64,000 nt of DNA from Entomortierella parvispora E1425 (GCA_020891255.1 BQFW01000004.1:2170001-2234000), one strand, 5' to 3'. Numbered from the stretch's first letter, positions 13,120 through 25,236 are shown. The notes: generated by a model from the letters alone, not told the origin. Numbers and translations: made by a program.

Positions 13120-13192
13120 GGTTTCGTGTTGTAATTGGTTAGCAATCAAGACTCTGAATCTTGCAATCCGAGTTCGAGTCTCGGCGAGACCT
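13120..13192 (+). tRNA. tRNA-Gln (anticodon CTG), intronless
   Basis: Acceptor stem GGTTTCG/CGAGACC, D arm TTGTAATTGGTTAGCAA, anticodon arm CAAGA-CT-CTG-AA-TCTTG, T arm CCGAG-TTCGAGT-CTCGG. Confidence 0.97.
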
Positions 13193-13196
13193 CTTC

Positions 13197-13210
13197 TTTT
13201 TTGTTTTTTT
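13197..13210 (+). terminator. RNA polymerase III oligo-T terminator
   Basis: T6-G-T7 run directly after the tRNA. Confidence 0.8.
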
Positions 13211-13879
13211 GTAGGCGGCACCCCTGTACCTGTCTGTGTTGCTGCTGAGTACAATGGACTTTGAGCCCAACAAACTGTGGGAACAGCGGATGGACAAAGC
13301 TTGACCAGTCGAGTGGGTCAGGCGGTCTTTTGAATTGGGGTTTGCCCAACATCCCAGCGAGTTCAATCCGTTTTGTGAGCTGTCGCACGATCAAATGCGA
13401 TGTACGCACAGTAGTTTCCTTTTTCCTATGCTTCAGTCCTGGTTAGGCTCCCAGGGTCTCTCCATTGATTTTTCATTCGCGCCAGGTTGACACTCGTTAC
13501 ATCCGAGATCTTGAACGTGGCTTTGCGGCTTCCATACTGTTCCCCTTTCATCGCCTTCGCGCCGAGCTTTAGCTGATCAACTACAGCAGTTTAGTTCAGT
13601 TCGTTTGTGGGCTGTCACATCGACGGACAAGTACTTTTTGTTTTTTCATGTTATACGGACATGTTCAGCTTTCTGATGCCCGATACCGGAAATAGGCAAA
13701 TTCACTTCCCGTGCATTCGCCCTCAAAAATGTTTCCCCAGGCAGGAATTCACCAACAGTTTGATCGTGTTTTTTTTTTTTTTTTTTTTTTTTTAATCGCG
13801 CGCGTACTCTCTTGCTCTGTGTTTCCCTGGTCCACGGCCCTGCTCCCGGAATTTCGGTTCATATTACAACTTCTCCTTC

Positions 13880-14231
13880 ATGGCCCCAATTTGCCCCATT
13901 TGCCCTCGCCTCACCTTGCCAATTTGGCCAACCACTTGGAGTCTGCCCTTTCGTTATATCTTGTCAACCAAACCTCCACGTTCCATTCGGGCCGAGGAAT
14001 TCTCAGGAGTGGCATCATTCTCTGGTGGTCATGGCGTGCGTGAGATGTAAACTCTTGGAGTTTTTTGTTGAAGCATTTGACCCAGGTGTCGCTTTTTCGT
14101 CAGCGACAGTCATGTCAGATCAAAAGAGGGAGATTCACAAACGATTGATCTGTTTTTTTTTCGGGTTGTGGAGTAGATTCTTGCTAAGAGCTAAAGCCAA
14201 GAATACTTGTCGTTCAATGGACAAGGTATAG
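13880..14231 (+). pseudogene. Decayed multi-C2H2 zinc-finger gene (tentative)
   Basis: MAPICPICPR continues after a frameshift as HLANLANHLES. Further finger-like remnants follow: FGPRNSQEWHHSLV, AFSSATVMSDQKREIH, ICFFFGLWSRFLLRAKAKN. Confidence 0.35.
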
Positions 14232-14695
14232 TGTTTCCTGGCACGAGGACGCCGAACAATCCAGAGAGCTCAGTTATTTTATTTGACCAGTTGTATCAAG
14301 GGAAGGGGGCGTTTGCTGTTCGTCTTACAGCGAAGTTTTCCTCCTAGCTTCCTTCCTTCCTTCACGCGTCCGCGCCTACAGACATTCCACTCAGTCGTGT
14401 TTTCAACTTTTTTGTGTGCTACCTAGCTCCTTTCTTTCCAGAACTTCGGCCATTACACCCGAATGCTTTCTCCTGGTTCTATGCAATAGAATAAAAATGT
14501 CCGGATCAGGCTTTCATTGAGGTTACAGAACTCCTCTCTCATGACTCTTTTGCCCTCGTCTTCACTTTGACTTTGGCCAGCTATGAATAGCTGCCTCCTT
14601 CATATGTGAAGAAGTGGTCCACCACCAGAAATAAAAGGGTGGCTCCACTTTCTTTCTAAAACTTCTTTCGACCATCACTCGCCCAAGTCTTCGCC

Positions 14696-14845
14696 AGGAA
14701 GCTCCCCGCCGCCTCCATCTTTGTCGTTCTCGCTGCCATTATGGCCTTGATTCAAGCAGCCCCACCGTCCCCGAGTCCGAGGCCTATAGTCGTTGCCAAC
14801 CTGGATGCCATCTTGGACCGAAGGGATGCGACTGCATTTAGATGA
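14696..14845 (+). pseudogene. Relic of a small secreted-protein gene with a lost start codon (tentative)
   Basis: TCGCC-AGG-AAG-CTC reads (R)KLPAASIFVVLAAIMALIQAAPPSPSPRPIVVANLDAILDRRDATAFR*, which resembles a signal peptide with AGG in place of ATG. Confidence 0.3.
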
Positions 14846-15861
14846 GCGAGCCTGCCTGCTGTGGTTTCTCTGATTTGAACTTCATATCCTACAAAAAGTC
14901 CCATCCCCGTTCGTATTTTAAGAATAAAAAAAGAGTGCCTCCCCCCCCCAATGAGGAACACCTGTAGATACGTTGTTGGGATATGCACATTGACTCTGTT
15001 CCCCTCAAATATCGAGTTGTGCCTGTTTTCAGCCACTGACCTATATCATCCGTTGTGTAACTGTAGCAATCAGTGCAGTCCCGCATCCGCCATCACTGAA
15101 AAATTTCAGTCAAAGCGGATTTCTCTATGTTTTGAGCGACATCATTGGCTGGCAGCGCGCCCAGCTAGGTTGGCAGGGCAGTCTGTTCAATTGGTCACCA
15201 GCAAGATTCGGGATTTTTTTATTTTTTTAGTTTGTGGACATCGAACAATAAATTGATCGGGCCAACAGACCAATATTCGTGGGCCAATTACAACAGTTTG
15301 CAAACCACAATGAAATATTGAACTACAGTAGAACCACGCCGAGCTAGCACCCCGACAAGGTTGGCAAGACTACGTCAGGCGCAGAGGTATGAAAAGACGG
15401 GAGAAACAAAAACAAAAACAAAATAAATTGGAGAGAGAGAACAATGATGAGCGCAGCGCAAGGTCCCCTTGGAAGGCGGAACGATGCTGGCGAGTGAACC
15501 AACTGCATTGCAACCCGTGTGGTGCCTGGATCTTGGGGTTTTTTTTTTAAATTGGGCACTTGCCTGTTTAGCTTCCATCTTTGGCGCGTGAGCTCCGAAC
15601 AAGATTTGTTCCTCTCAACCCCCATCGTTTCAAAAGAAGGTCCAGCGTGAACTCATGAGTCGATTGTTCCTGCAGCGTCCATGTTTTTCTTTCCCCCCTT
15701 CTCTCTTCCGTTTTCTCTTTAGCCTTGTACTCTGCCTCCTTTACCTCCTGCCGCCCCATCTCTAATTTCCTCCAGCGACTACCTTCCCTCGAGTCACCCT
15801 TCCCTCTTCCCTCTTTGTCATCATTCCTGAACCCTCATTCTCCACCCCACCTGTAAAGAAA

Positions 15862-17294
15862 ATGACGAGGCTTGTATCCATTGCTCTCTTGTCCATTTCA
15901 GCCACGTTACTGGCCTTTGCAGAAGCCAAGGCCGACCCTGGTGCCTGCTTCTTGACCGTTCCAAAAGACCCATTGACGGCCGAGGGACTGGCGACACCCT
16001 ATATCCTTAAAAAGGGAAACTGCGACCAAACAGTAGCAGATCAACAGGTCTTTGTCGAGGCCACCATCTTTGACTTGGACACACATACCTTTGGTGTATA
16101 CCATCCTCTGGTCATTAATGAAGGCAGGTCTTGTTTTTAAAAGAACAGAGGGAGACTCATACCTTTTTCTTTGTTACTCAAAGCTCATCCAACTCACACT
16201 CAACGCCATCTTTTTGGGGGTACGTTTTTTATTATCAAAAAAGGCACCAATCCAGGTGCTGCTCCCGTAGTGCCACAGCTGCCCAAGAACCATGTCGTTG
16301 GGCTCTGGTTCGGAGCTAACGCCAACTCAGTGACGCTCCTGGGCAAGGACAAGACGTCACTCACGACCTGTGTGAACGGTCTCTCGAGCAAGGACACGTT
16401 TGGGCAAGTGGCATTCTGCAATGCAGAATACTTCTTCAGAGTCGTCCATGCCGCCGACAAGACTGGAAAGGGCGTCGTGATCCCTCCCATCGGTGTCGAC
16501 CTTCATGGAAAGCCCTGCCCGACAACCCGTCATTTCGGTATCATCGATCAAGACCAGAGTGACAATGTCATCACGACCTATCTTCAATACAAGACCTGCT
16601 TTGCTCAGAACACAGCCAAGAACCGCAAGAAGTGGAAAAAGGCCCTGGTCATCAATAACGGCTCGGATAACGCCCTCGTTGCCGATTTCCTGGATCCTGT
16701 AAGATTTTTTTTTTCATTTTTTTGGTCCATTTTGTTGCACATGCACTTCGGGAACAATGGGACAGGATTTTCATCTCCCCGTTCACTCTCACCCTTCTCG
16801 AATAGGCCCTGAAATGTACTCCATTCAAAGCCCCGTCGTTGATGGAGCCCAACGTCCTGTTGGGATCCATGGCCCTGAACGAGCTCCAAGCAACCCGCCA
16901 GGGGGCACCCGTAGCCCTGGTCCCCTCGGATGATCCCATGGTCCTCTCCAACAACAAACCTTCGATCCGTAAAGTCAATGCCTACCGCAAAGGTGTTGAC
17001 CAGCCCTTGATCATGCATCTCAGCCAGGCGACCCCAAAGGCCTACTGCGAGAATTTCGGCAATATCGCTCCTGGTTATATCGAGTCCAATTCCAAGCAAC
17101 TCGTCAACAACCCTTCACCCGACACTGGTATGGCTGATAATCTCTTGACTTTTATGGGACAACGCTACCAGGCATCCTGGACCAATCTTGGTTGCGACAA
17201 AGTCCTGAAAAAGACTTCGGACATCACCGCGACCTTGAACAAGAAGGGTGTTGCCATCGCTGTCCATTTTAATCAGTCTAAACCTATCAAGTAG
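15862..17294 (+). CDS. Uncharacterised secreted Cys-containing protein, 3 exons (15862-16123, 16244-16698, 16806-17294)
   Basis: Signal peptide MTRLVSIALLSISATLLAFAEA. Three in-frame coding blocks are joined by phase-compatible introns (GC-AG 16124-16243; GTAAGA..TAG 16699-16805). Motifs include VPKDPLTAEGLATPY, GLWFGAN, IDQDQSDNV, NNGSDNAL and MALNELQA. Confidence 0.85.
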
Positions 17295-17493
17295 GAGAAG
17301 GAAGTGAGAGTTATCTTCTTTTCCATAGTCAATACCAAAGGGAGAAGATGCCCGTAATAAATGGAGAATTAGTTTCCTGTACCTGTTCAACAGAGTAATC
17401 TTTTGCCCATTGAGGTTGAAATGAACCTTGACAAGTTTTATTTTACTATGCAAGGTGCCCAAGGAGGATCGGGAGCAAGAAGTAATCCAAGAC

Positions 17494-18555
17494 TCAAAGC
17501 TTGACCAAGTCCAAAAGATCTGACCAAACAAGACATCTCATCTTCAAGTTATCTCGTAAATCATCGAGTTTTTGAAGCGAAATGATATCTTGGTCGCCGC
17601 CAGCCAGCTGCAGATCATCATCATCATCGTCACTGCTGCTGTTGTCGCCGTTGTCGTTGTCGCTGTCATGGTCTCTGTCGTCGTCGTTGACGGGAGTGGT
17701 GCCTTCACCTGGACCAAAAGAGAGGCTATTTCCATGACCTGTGTTGCAGGTAGAGATAGGTTCTGAGATGCTGAGAAGTGTCATCTCCTTGTCCAGCAAG
17801 TTCTCTCTTTCATCCTGGCACAAAGTAAAGTCCAGGCCGAGAAGGTCTTTTAGTGCCGCTGGGAGTGGCGCCGGAATGTCTCCCGTGGAGCAAGTTGTAT
17901 CGTCCAGATCCAGCAAAATCTGCAAAGGAGGTCGAACCTCGGCCGCTTTTGCAGCAGGGGAGGGTTTGGGATTCAAAAAAGTCTGATCCACTCGGGAAAT
18001 AGACTCCATCTTTTCTCCCGATACGCCATCATTGTGGATCGAGGTAGACGGGCTGCCGGAGGATGAGGAAGGCTTTGCCTTCAAATGTACAAAATTAGCC
18101 CAGTCTTGTGCGGAAACCAAGGGTGGGCTGTCCGAAGGAAAGCAGTTCATGGTCACCAAAGGTGCTTGCCGGTGATAGGCAAGTCTTTGATTCACAGCTG
18201 TGCTGTTGCGCTGCCGTGAATACAAATGCTGGGATTGAGACAGGTTGGATCGGCTGCCCAAGTGTCGATGTCTGTGAAATGTCATCGTGTTCGAGTTGTA
18301 CGATGCCGCGACCGCAGCGCTGGACTGCAAGACATTGTCGTCGCCTTGGGCCTGGGCAAAGTGAGTGATGCTCTTGCTCTGGAAATTGAAGGTAGTGGAG
18401 TTGTTCGATTGAGAGAGGCCGACTCTGTGGGTTTGATAGGTGGTTAGGGTCCGGGGAAAGGTATGCCTGCTGTGTGGTGTTCTAGAGGGGATTGCGTGGC
18501 GTTGTGGCCGAGGAGACAGAGCCCACTCGTCGTCCGAGAAGCGCTCGAAGGGCAT
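17494..18555 (-). CDS. Hypothetical low-complexity (Ser/His/Asp-rich) protein
   Basis: Long open frame from MPFERFSDDEW (ATG 18555) preceded by a pyrimidine-rich leader. No recognisable domain, and the 3' end may be spliced. Confidence 0.6.
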   Translation of the reverse strand: MPFERFSDDEWALSPRPQRHAIPSRTPHSRHTFPRTLTTYQTHRVGLSQSNNSTTFNFQSKSITHFAQAQGDDNVLQSSAAVAASYNSNTMTFHRHRHLGSRSNLSQSQHLYSRQRNSTAVNQRLAYHRQAPLVTMNCFPSDSPPLVSAQDWANFVHLKAKPSSSSGSPSTSIHNDGVSGEKMESISRVDQTFLNPKPSPAAKAAEVRPPLQILLDLDDTTCSTGDIPAPLPAALKDLLGLDFTLCQDERENLLDKEMTLLSISEPISTCNTGHGNSLSFGPGEGTTPVNDDDRDHDSDNDNGDNSSSDDDDDDLQLAGGDQDIISLQKLDDLRDNLKMRCLVWSDLLDLVKL

Positions 18556-19379
18556 TCTGCATGTCTTTGGGTCGCAGGAGGGGTCAGGAGGACCAAAGAC
18601 GAGGACAGCAGAACTAGGTGGAAGGAAATGAGATGAATGAGGGTTGATGGAGGGCAATGGAGGGCGGGACAGATGACTCTGCAGGGATGGAATGCGGGAT
18701 GGAAAGGATGGACGGAGAGATGGAAGAAAGACAAAGGAAGACAAGCGGGAGTAGAGAGATAGACAGATAGACCGAGAGACAAAAAAAGGTAGGGGTGAGG
18801 AGGAGGAGGAGGAGGAGGAGGAGGAAGAAGAAGAAAAGGCGAAGGAGCATGGACGCGTCTCTCTCGTGTTCAGTCACGGGGTGGGCGACCTGGACGGGTT
18901 TCTTTTGTCATCGAACTAGCAGTGTGGCGCAGACTGGGCACCGGGGAGAGAGCACCGGCCGATGTGGGGATTGGGAAAGAGCCCTTGCTGTCTGTCGGTG
19001 GCGGCCTGTTTTGTTTGCGTTTGTGCACCCTCGTTCACTTACCGAACAAGGTGAGAGCATCCATCCATCCATCCATCCATGCACCTGCAGCCTGTGCCCG
19101 TGGTGGAGGTGCATCAAGTCGCAAGCGGTGTAGACACACCTGCCCTGCCTCCTTGCGTGTCAGACCTCCTTTTTTCTCTTTCGCTTCTTTCTTGTGTTGT
19201 CGCACTTCTTTTCTCCTTGTTCCCTTCCACCTCTGGCCAACAATCCCAATCTCGCTCTTTCCTCTCTCTATTTCTCTTCTTGTTCTGCATCTCTAGTGCT
19301 TTTTGCCCCGCCTCTTGGAAAAAAAAACACGCTCTTTCTCTTCTCCACCTACCCTTCGTCCTAGTCTCTTTCCAACGCC

Positions 19380-21166
19380 ATGTCTCGTTCACCTACTCCT
19401 TCGAGTGTCTTCAGTCTTACGTTCTCATCCGACGGTTTAACAGATCGACTGCAGGAGAGCTCTCTACTTTTCCGAAAGACCCGATCAGGGTCAAAAGCTC
19501 GTCCCAGAGTTCCTTCATATGCGTCTACCTCAAACACCCTTCCTCCACTTTACCGTTTGAAATGGAAAAAAATTATCTTCCACTTCGCTTGTATATCCTC
19601 TGCCCTGGGTGCCGGCCTCAAGCTTGCTTCCCTACAAACGAAGGGAACCAAAAGAGGGTTTGGTTTTGGATCTCAGGTATGAAAAAAAAGCTCCCCCCAT
19701 CCTCTTCATTTCCTTTCCAAAGGGCTGTTTTGTTTTGCCTTGCTGTTGTGCTGTTGTCTGTCATCATAGCTCATGCATCAAATTGAGAGGACATCAAATT
19801 GAGTGGGCACCTATTTTTAATCAATTGCAGTCGGTTGCCTGCCCTCCTCCCTCACTGTCAATGTGTTGTCATGAGAGAGTTGACGTTTTACTTTTTGTTT
19901 GTGGTGACTGACGAATGATGAGCATGCAGTATTTGACTATCCTAGGATTGGTCATGACCATCGGCATGTTCTTGTTGGCGCTCTTCGTGGATTTTACACA
20001 ATCAAGTCGTAAGTTGAAACGAAAAAAAAAGGACCCTGAGAGTGTGTTGTTCTCAACTCTTTGGGAGAAAGGAAAAAGACGACTCACACGACTCCACCGA
20101 CCGACCCCAGGAAGAATTTTTACAACACCCAGTTTTCATTCATTTATTCACATGGGAAAGGGACACAGGACAGAGGAAAGTGATGAAAGATGTCGCACTT
20201 TCCAAACCACACAGGGATGGAGCATGGTCCAAAAGAGAAACAGGGCCACACGAGTCGCACAGGAGAAATGAAAGGGCAGGTGCACAAGATCTAGTTGCGC
20301 TCGTGTGAATGATGATGGCGGATCAAAAAAACCAAAAAAAATTCTGGTCGTTCCCCCTCGCTGATGTCATTTTACACGGACCTCAAATACAATCCCTAGG
20401 CGCACGGAGGATCAAGAACACGCTTCTTCCACTCCTTGTAACCGTGAGTGCCAAAGAATAGAAACTAGAAAATCTGTAGAGGAATGAGGACTTTATCGCA
20501 ATGATTCAACTCACACATGAGATCTTATTGCCCACTATGCTGTTCTAGATTGAATGCGCCATCGGCGCTATGTACTGGTTGCTTGTTATGAGGGATGTCT
20601 TCCATATCTATCCGGATGGCAATCGCTAGTAAGGCACCCAGAACATACTGTTTGTCGATCTTTGAGTCATCTCTATAACTCGTCCTCCGCGTTTACTCTT
20701 CTAGTATCCCTTTCTGGGTGGACATCCAAGTGCATGGTCTTCCATTCTTCTACACACTCGTCGAGATGTTTTTCATCTCAGAGTCTTTTCAAGTCCGCCG
20801 GAAAGCAGATATAATCAACATGTCTGGCTTTGCTGTGTTTTACATGTGCTGGTCCAGTTTTTGCGCTCATATGGACGGTGAATGGGTAAGGAGAGGAAAG
20901 TCTTCATTTTCAGCGTTGAGATCCACTCTTCATGGTTTCTGGTTAGAGCAACGCCCGATTCATATCTTGTTCATTTCTAGCCATACCCCGTGCTTCAAAA
21001 TATCACCTGTCCATGGACGCGCCTCCAGATGATGACTATCTGTTCGCTGTCATCTGTTTTCGCCCATATCATTATTACGGAAGCCCATGTCGCACACCGG
21101 GCGCGAGTTGCTGTCAAGGCCATGAAGGGATCCAAGGATTTGAGTCAGTCCAGCATAGATAGATGA
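19380..21166 (+). CDS. FAR-17a/AIG1-like (ADTRP/UPF0641) integral membrane hydrolase, 6 exons
   Basis: Splicing at canonical sites gives ...GFGFGSQ|YLTILGL...QSS|RARRIKNTLLPLLVT|IECAIGAMYWLL...GNR|YIPFWVDIQVHGLPFF...DGEW|PYPVL. The family QYLT, LYW, D-x3-H and G-x-WPYP motifs are present. Confidence 0.85.
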
Positions 21167-21293
21167 GTGTGCCTGAAAAGAAATAGAAGTACTTTTTTCT
21201 TTAATAGACCCAAGTTTTATAATCCTAGAAGCAGTTGTCGCAAAAAAAAAAAAACTTGAAAAGTGAGGGATATAAGAGTGGAGGCTTGTTTTT

Positions 21294-23516
21294 CTATGCT
21301 CCCAAGCGCTGAATACGCTCCACCAACTGTGTAATTCTGCCGTCAATCATCTCAATGTTCCTCTGGATCGCAGCATCGTTCTCCGAAAGACTCTCCTGAA
21401 GCTAAACAACGAACAAGTAAATAGACACAAGGATATCATTGTTAGACAAGCATAGGCCAGAGGGTTTTCGAACGTTTACTCATTGGTTGCGCAAACGCAC
21501 GCCATGCCCGACATCTTACCTTGGTAGAAACGGTATCCAATCCCTTGAGCTCCTCAGTAATCTTTGACTGCTCTCCTGAAATCATCTTGATCGAGTCTGA
21601 AAACACAGCTGCTTCGGCATGGAGGCCCTTCAAACCCTTTAGCCTCGTGACCAAAACAGGGGCCAGGGATACAAGAGGGTCAATTTTGTCCACCAACTCG
21701 AACAGGGCATTGATCTATAAGCCGATGAAAAAAGACATCATGGTACCGGTGTCAATGTCCTTGTCTCTCCTGCTATTTGTACCGCGCTCCAAAGTCAAAG
21801 CTTGGATACTGACCTTGTTCTCTGCATCTGCACTGATTCCTGACGAGGTTGCATCCTTGGCTTGGAGCTCCTGTACGCGCTCCAGTTCTCCTGTGACAAC
21901 CTTCAAACGACGAGAAAGCTGCTCCAACTGGCGAGGTTGAACAAGAATGTTGATATGTTGCTCCAATTTCTCAACCGTTCCAACGAGGGAAGCCTGGAAA
22001 TGAGAAAATCAATAAAAGTCAGATTCTTATATCCAATTTCAGTAGCATCTCAGAGATTTAGTCGAACTCAGTTTTCATACTCCTGATTGCATCTGTGTCG
22101 AGCCGACAGCCTTCTCGAGCACTGCAAGTCGTTCTGCCAGTTCTGCAGTCTTTGTTGCTGTGTGAAGTCTGGCGTTGTCTGGACTGTAGTAGAGTTCATA
22201 GGTGACGCCCTAATGGTTTGTTTCGTGGGACAAAGATATTGTCAGCAATAGATATCAGATGGCGTATTCCAATACAACAGAAAATATCGGGCGATCCTGA
22301 CTCATGTTTGCACACACCTTCCCGTCGTCAGTGGTCTCGGCAGAGACAGCCTTGGGAGTAGGGGCACCGTCGGCCTCCGCATCTGCTGAAGAAATAGCCA
22401 TGTGTTTCATGGCCTGAAGCTGCTGCAAGAGTCTCTTTCCAGTATCCGTCTGCTTGATCAAACCCTCACTTGACAGGACACCATTTGCAGATCCCTCGCC
22501 CAGCGTTTGACCAATCTCGGTCAAGTCCTGCTCCAATGACTTGACGTGGGACATCAAGTCCTTGTGAGAGATTTCTCCGCCAGCCAATTCTTCACCTTCC
22601 TAGAAACAAAAATCAATTGCACAAACAGCACGTTTGTCAGAGGTACAGCGATCCCAACAAAAAAAATCAAGCATGGATTGTTGACATGTGCCACCAGGTC
22701 CGACCCTGCTGATCAACTATCCGTAAAGTTCCCTCACCTGTTGGTTCAATTCTGCTTCCTGGCCAAGTTCCTTGACTTCGTACATGAGTCGACGCAGCTT
22801 TTGAATGGGTGTTTCATTGAGGATCATCTCCTTTGGCAGGATCTCGTATTCGGTGCTCTCCAGGTTGGGTCTCCTGACGAATGTGCGGTACATGGCTTTC
22901 TTGCGCTTGTTCAATCTGTCCGAGAAATCTGGGTATTTTCAATAGCGCGTGGTAGAATTATAAAGAAGAGCGGGATCCAGCAGTTAGCATCGGGCCATCT
23001 GTTGTTTGTCGTTCCGTACAGGTTCCTAAACCGAGGGTTGTCTCCTTTGCTTTACCAGCAGACGAATTATCTACGACACAGTCCTTGAAGCGAGCAGCGG
23101 CGTCCTTGACCGAGACTGCCGATCTGTCGATGCCCTCTCTCTCCTCGTCACTCTCGTAGTCCTATTCAGGAAAGAACGTTGGGTAGGTGAATGGGGGGTA
23201 GAAAGAGAAGAAGACCAGATGGCAAGGGGTGAAGATGTAGTTCCTGAACGTTATGCTCAGTGCATTGAAGGTGCCAGTCTCGGTACCTTGCTCTCCATGC
23301 CATGCATGCGGACGCCTCTGTCGCCAGTTTCGTCAGGAGTCTCGTAGACATCAGGCTGGGTATCCTATACGCGATGAGAAAGAGAAGCAATGAACAGGGT
23401 CAGTAAGCATGAATGTGGATGATGGATTGCATTCATCGGGAGCATGGAATGCGTGGACATGAGACTCGGGAGTTTGGCCGTACAATGTCAGGTAATGTAG
23501 AGTACTTGGTCGACAT
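21294..23516 (-). CDS. DCTN2: Dynactin subunit 2 (dynamitin/p50), multi-exon
   Basis: MSTKYSTLPDI|DTQPDVYETPD, ETPIQKLRRLMYEVKEL, coiled-coil segments and LVTRLKGLKGLHAEAAVF. Confidence 0.92.
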
Positions 23517-23850
23517 GGCTGCAGGGGAAGGGGAATAGGTCGTGTTTAGAGGATGAAAGGATGAAAGGATGAAAGGATGGATGGAGGCAAGCACGGGAAG
23601 AAAGGAAGAGACAAAGAATGAAGAAGGGACAGGAGGGATGAGAAGGAAAATGAGAAGAGCAAGAGAAGAGCCCTCGTCTTGCGCATGCTGTCTGTCTATC
23701 ACCTGTGACGAACTATGTAACAAACAGGGCAGGGATGACTGACATACAGCACTTCGTTTGCACGCGCAGGAGACGCGTTTCTCGCTCTTTTCTTTCTCTT
23801 CTCTCTCGTTTCTCTCTTTTCTTGACTCCTTTCTTCCCTCCTCCTCTTTT

Positions 23851-23961
23851 TGCTGCCTCTGCTGCCTCTGCTGCTTCTGCTGCTTCTGCTGCTTCTGCTC
23901 ACATTTCTTTCTTCCTCTCGATCATTGCCCTTTCTCCATTCTCCATTCTCCATTCTCCATT
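23851..23961 (+). repeat. Short tandem repeats (GCTGCTTCT)n and (CCATTCT)n in the dynamitin/RIB7 divergent promoter
   Basis: About 5 copies of the 9-mer and about 4 copies of the 7-mer, read directly. Confidence 0.85.
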
Positions 23962-23964
23962 TCA

Positions 23965-25115
23965 ATGGCCAGCTACGACTTTCTTTCTGACATCTCATTC
24001 ACCTCTGCCGCTAGCTCAATCTCACCTCATGTCACCCTGACCTTTGCCCAAAGTCTTGACGGCAAGATAGCAGGAGCCAATGGTCGCCAACTTATCCTCA
24101 GCGGGGAAGAGTCCATGAAAGCAACTCATATGTAACCATCCCTACCTCCATGCACGCCGATCATTTCTTCCGCTAGCCCCTATTCTAACCTTGCCTTCTC
24201 CTCCATGGTAGCCTTCGATCCAGACATGACGCTATCCTCGTCGGCATTGGTACCATCCTCAATGACGATCCGCGTCTCACAGGTACAATATAACAGCCCC
24301 ACGATCTGGTCAAAGGGACTGATGGATCCATGCACCGTCCAGTTTTCTCATAAATCTACCGAATCTGTTTCATGGATACAAAAACAAAGTTCGCCTAGAG
24401 AATGAGGACTATGGTCCGATTCGCCACCCACAGCCAGTGATCCTTGACAGCGCCTTGCGATTCCCCACAACTTCAAAACTGTTGTGGCCAGATTCCCCCA
24501 CCAGGCCATGGATTATGACAAGCTCGTCTGGATACAATAACGTAGAGACAAGAACTCAGTTGCAAAATCGCGGTGCCAAGATCTTTGTCATCGATCTGGA
24601 TTCTCAAGGTAAACAAAATTACAGAGGGCTCAAGATGTTGAAAGCAAGCGTGTGTCGACGACAGATTCCCCCTTTGTTATGGCCTATTTCACTTTCTGTT
24701 CCGCTACTGACCTATGTTATGTGCACAGGTCATTTGTCTATACCCCATGTATTGTCGACCCTTCAATCCCAATCGATCCGATCTCTCATGGTTGAAGGGG
24801 GTGCAAGTATCATCACATCATTTTTAGAATCAAGCATGGTTCACTCTATTCTACTGACGATCGCACCCATCTATGTCGGTCAAGCAGGCGTCAGTGCTGT
24901 CCAGCGAGCGGAGGTAATTATTTCCTTCTCAAAAGTCGATTGTTCAGTCTGCTCGTGTGGCCCATTTATTGTTTTTTTAATCCTGCCCAATTGACACCAT
25001 TCTTTGATGCTCATCTCTATAGGTTACGCCGAGATTTGAAAATATCACCTACCACCCTCTCGGGCGAGATATAATGATGGTGGCTACTCCCAGTTCAAGG
25101 CGAAAATCAAATTGA
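23965..25115 (+). CDS. RIB7: 2,5-diamino-6-ribosylamino-4(3H)-pyrimidinone 5'-phosphate reductase (RibD C-terminal domain), multi-exon
   Basis: [17 protein letters not shown]...[70 protein letters not shown]. Confidence 0.93.
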
Positions 25116-25236
25116 AAACAATAGTAATAATAATAGAAAAAATAACAAAAAAGGGTATCAAAAATGTCTATTGTGTTGTGTTTCGCATGTTCTATAGTTC
25201 TGCGTGCACGGTGAATGCACTCTATTTTGGAGCAGC

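Noticed and set aside
13211-13640. Possible structured ncRNA (RNase P/MRP, U-snRNA, SRP) after the tRNA
   Set aside because: I could not find the paired conserved boxes or an Sm site on either strand. It looks more like decayed coding DNA.
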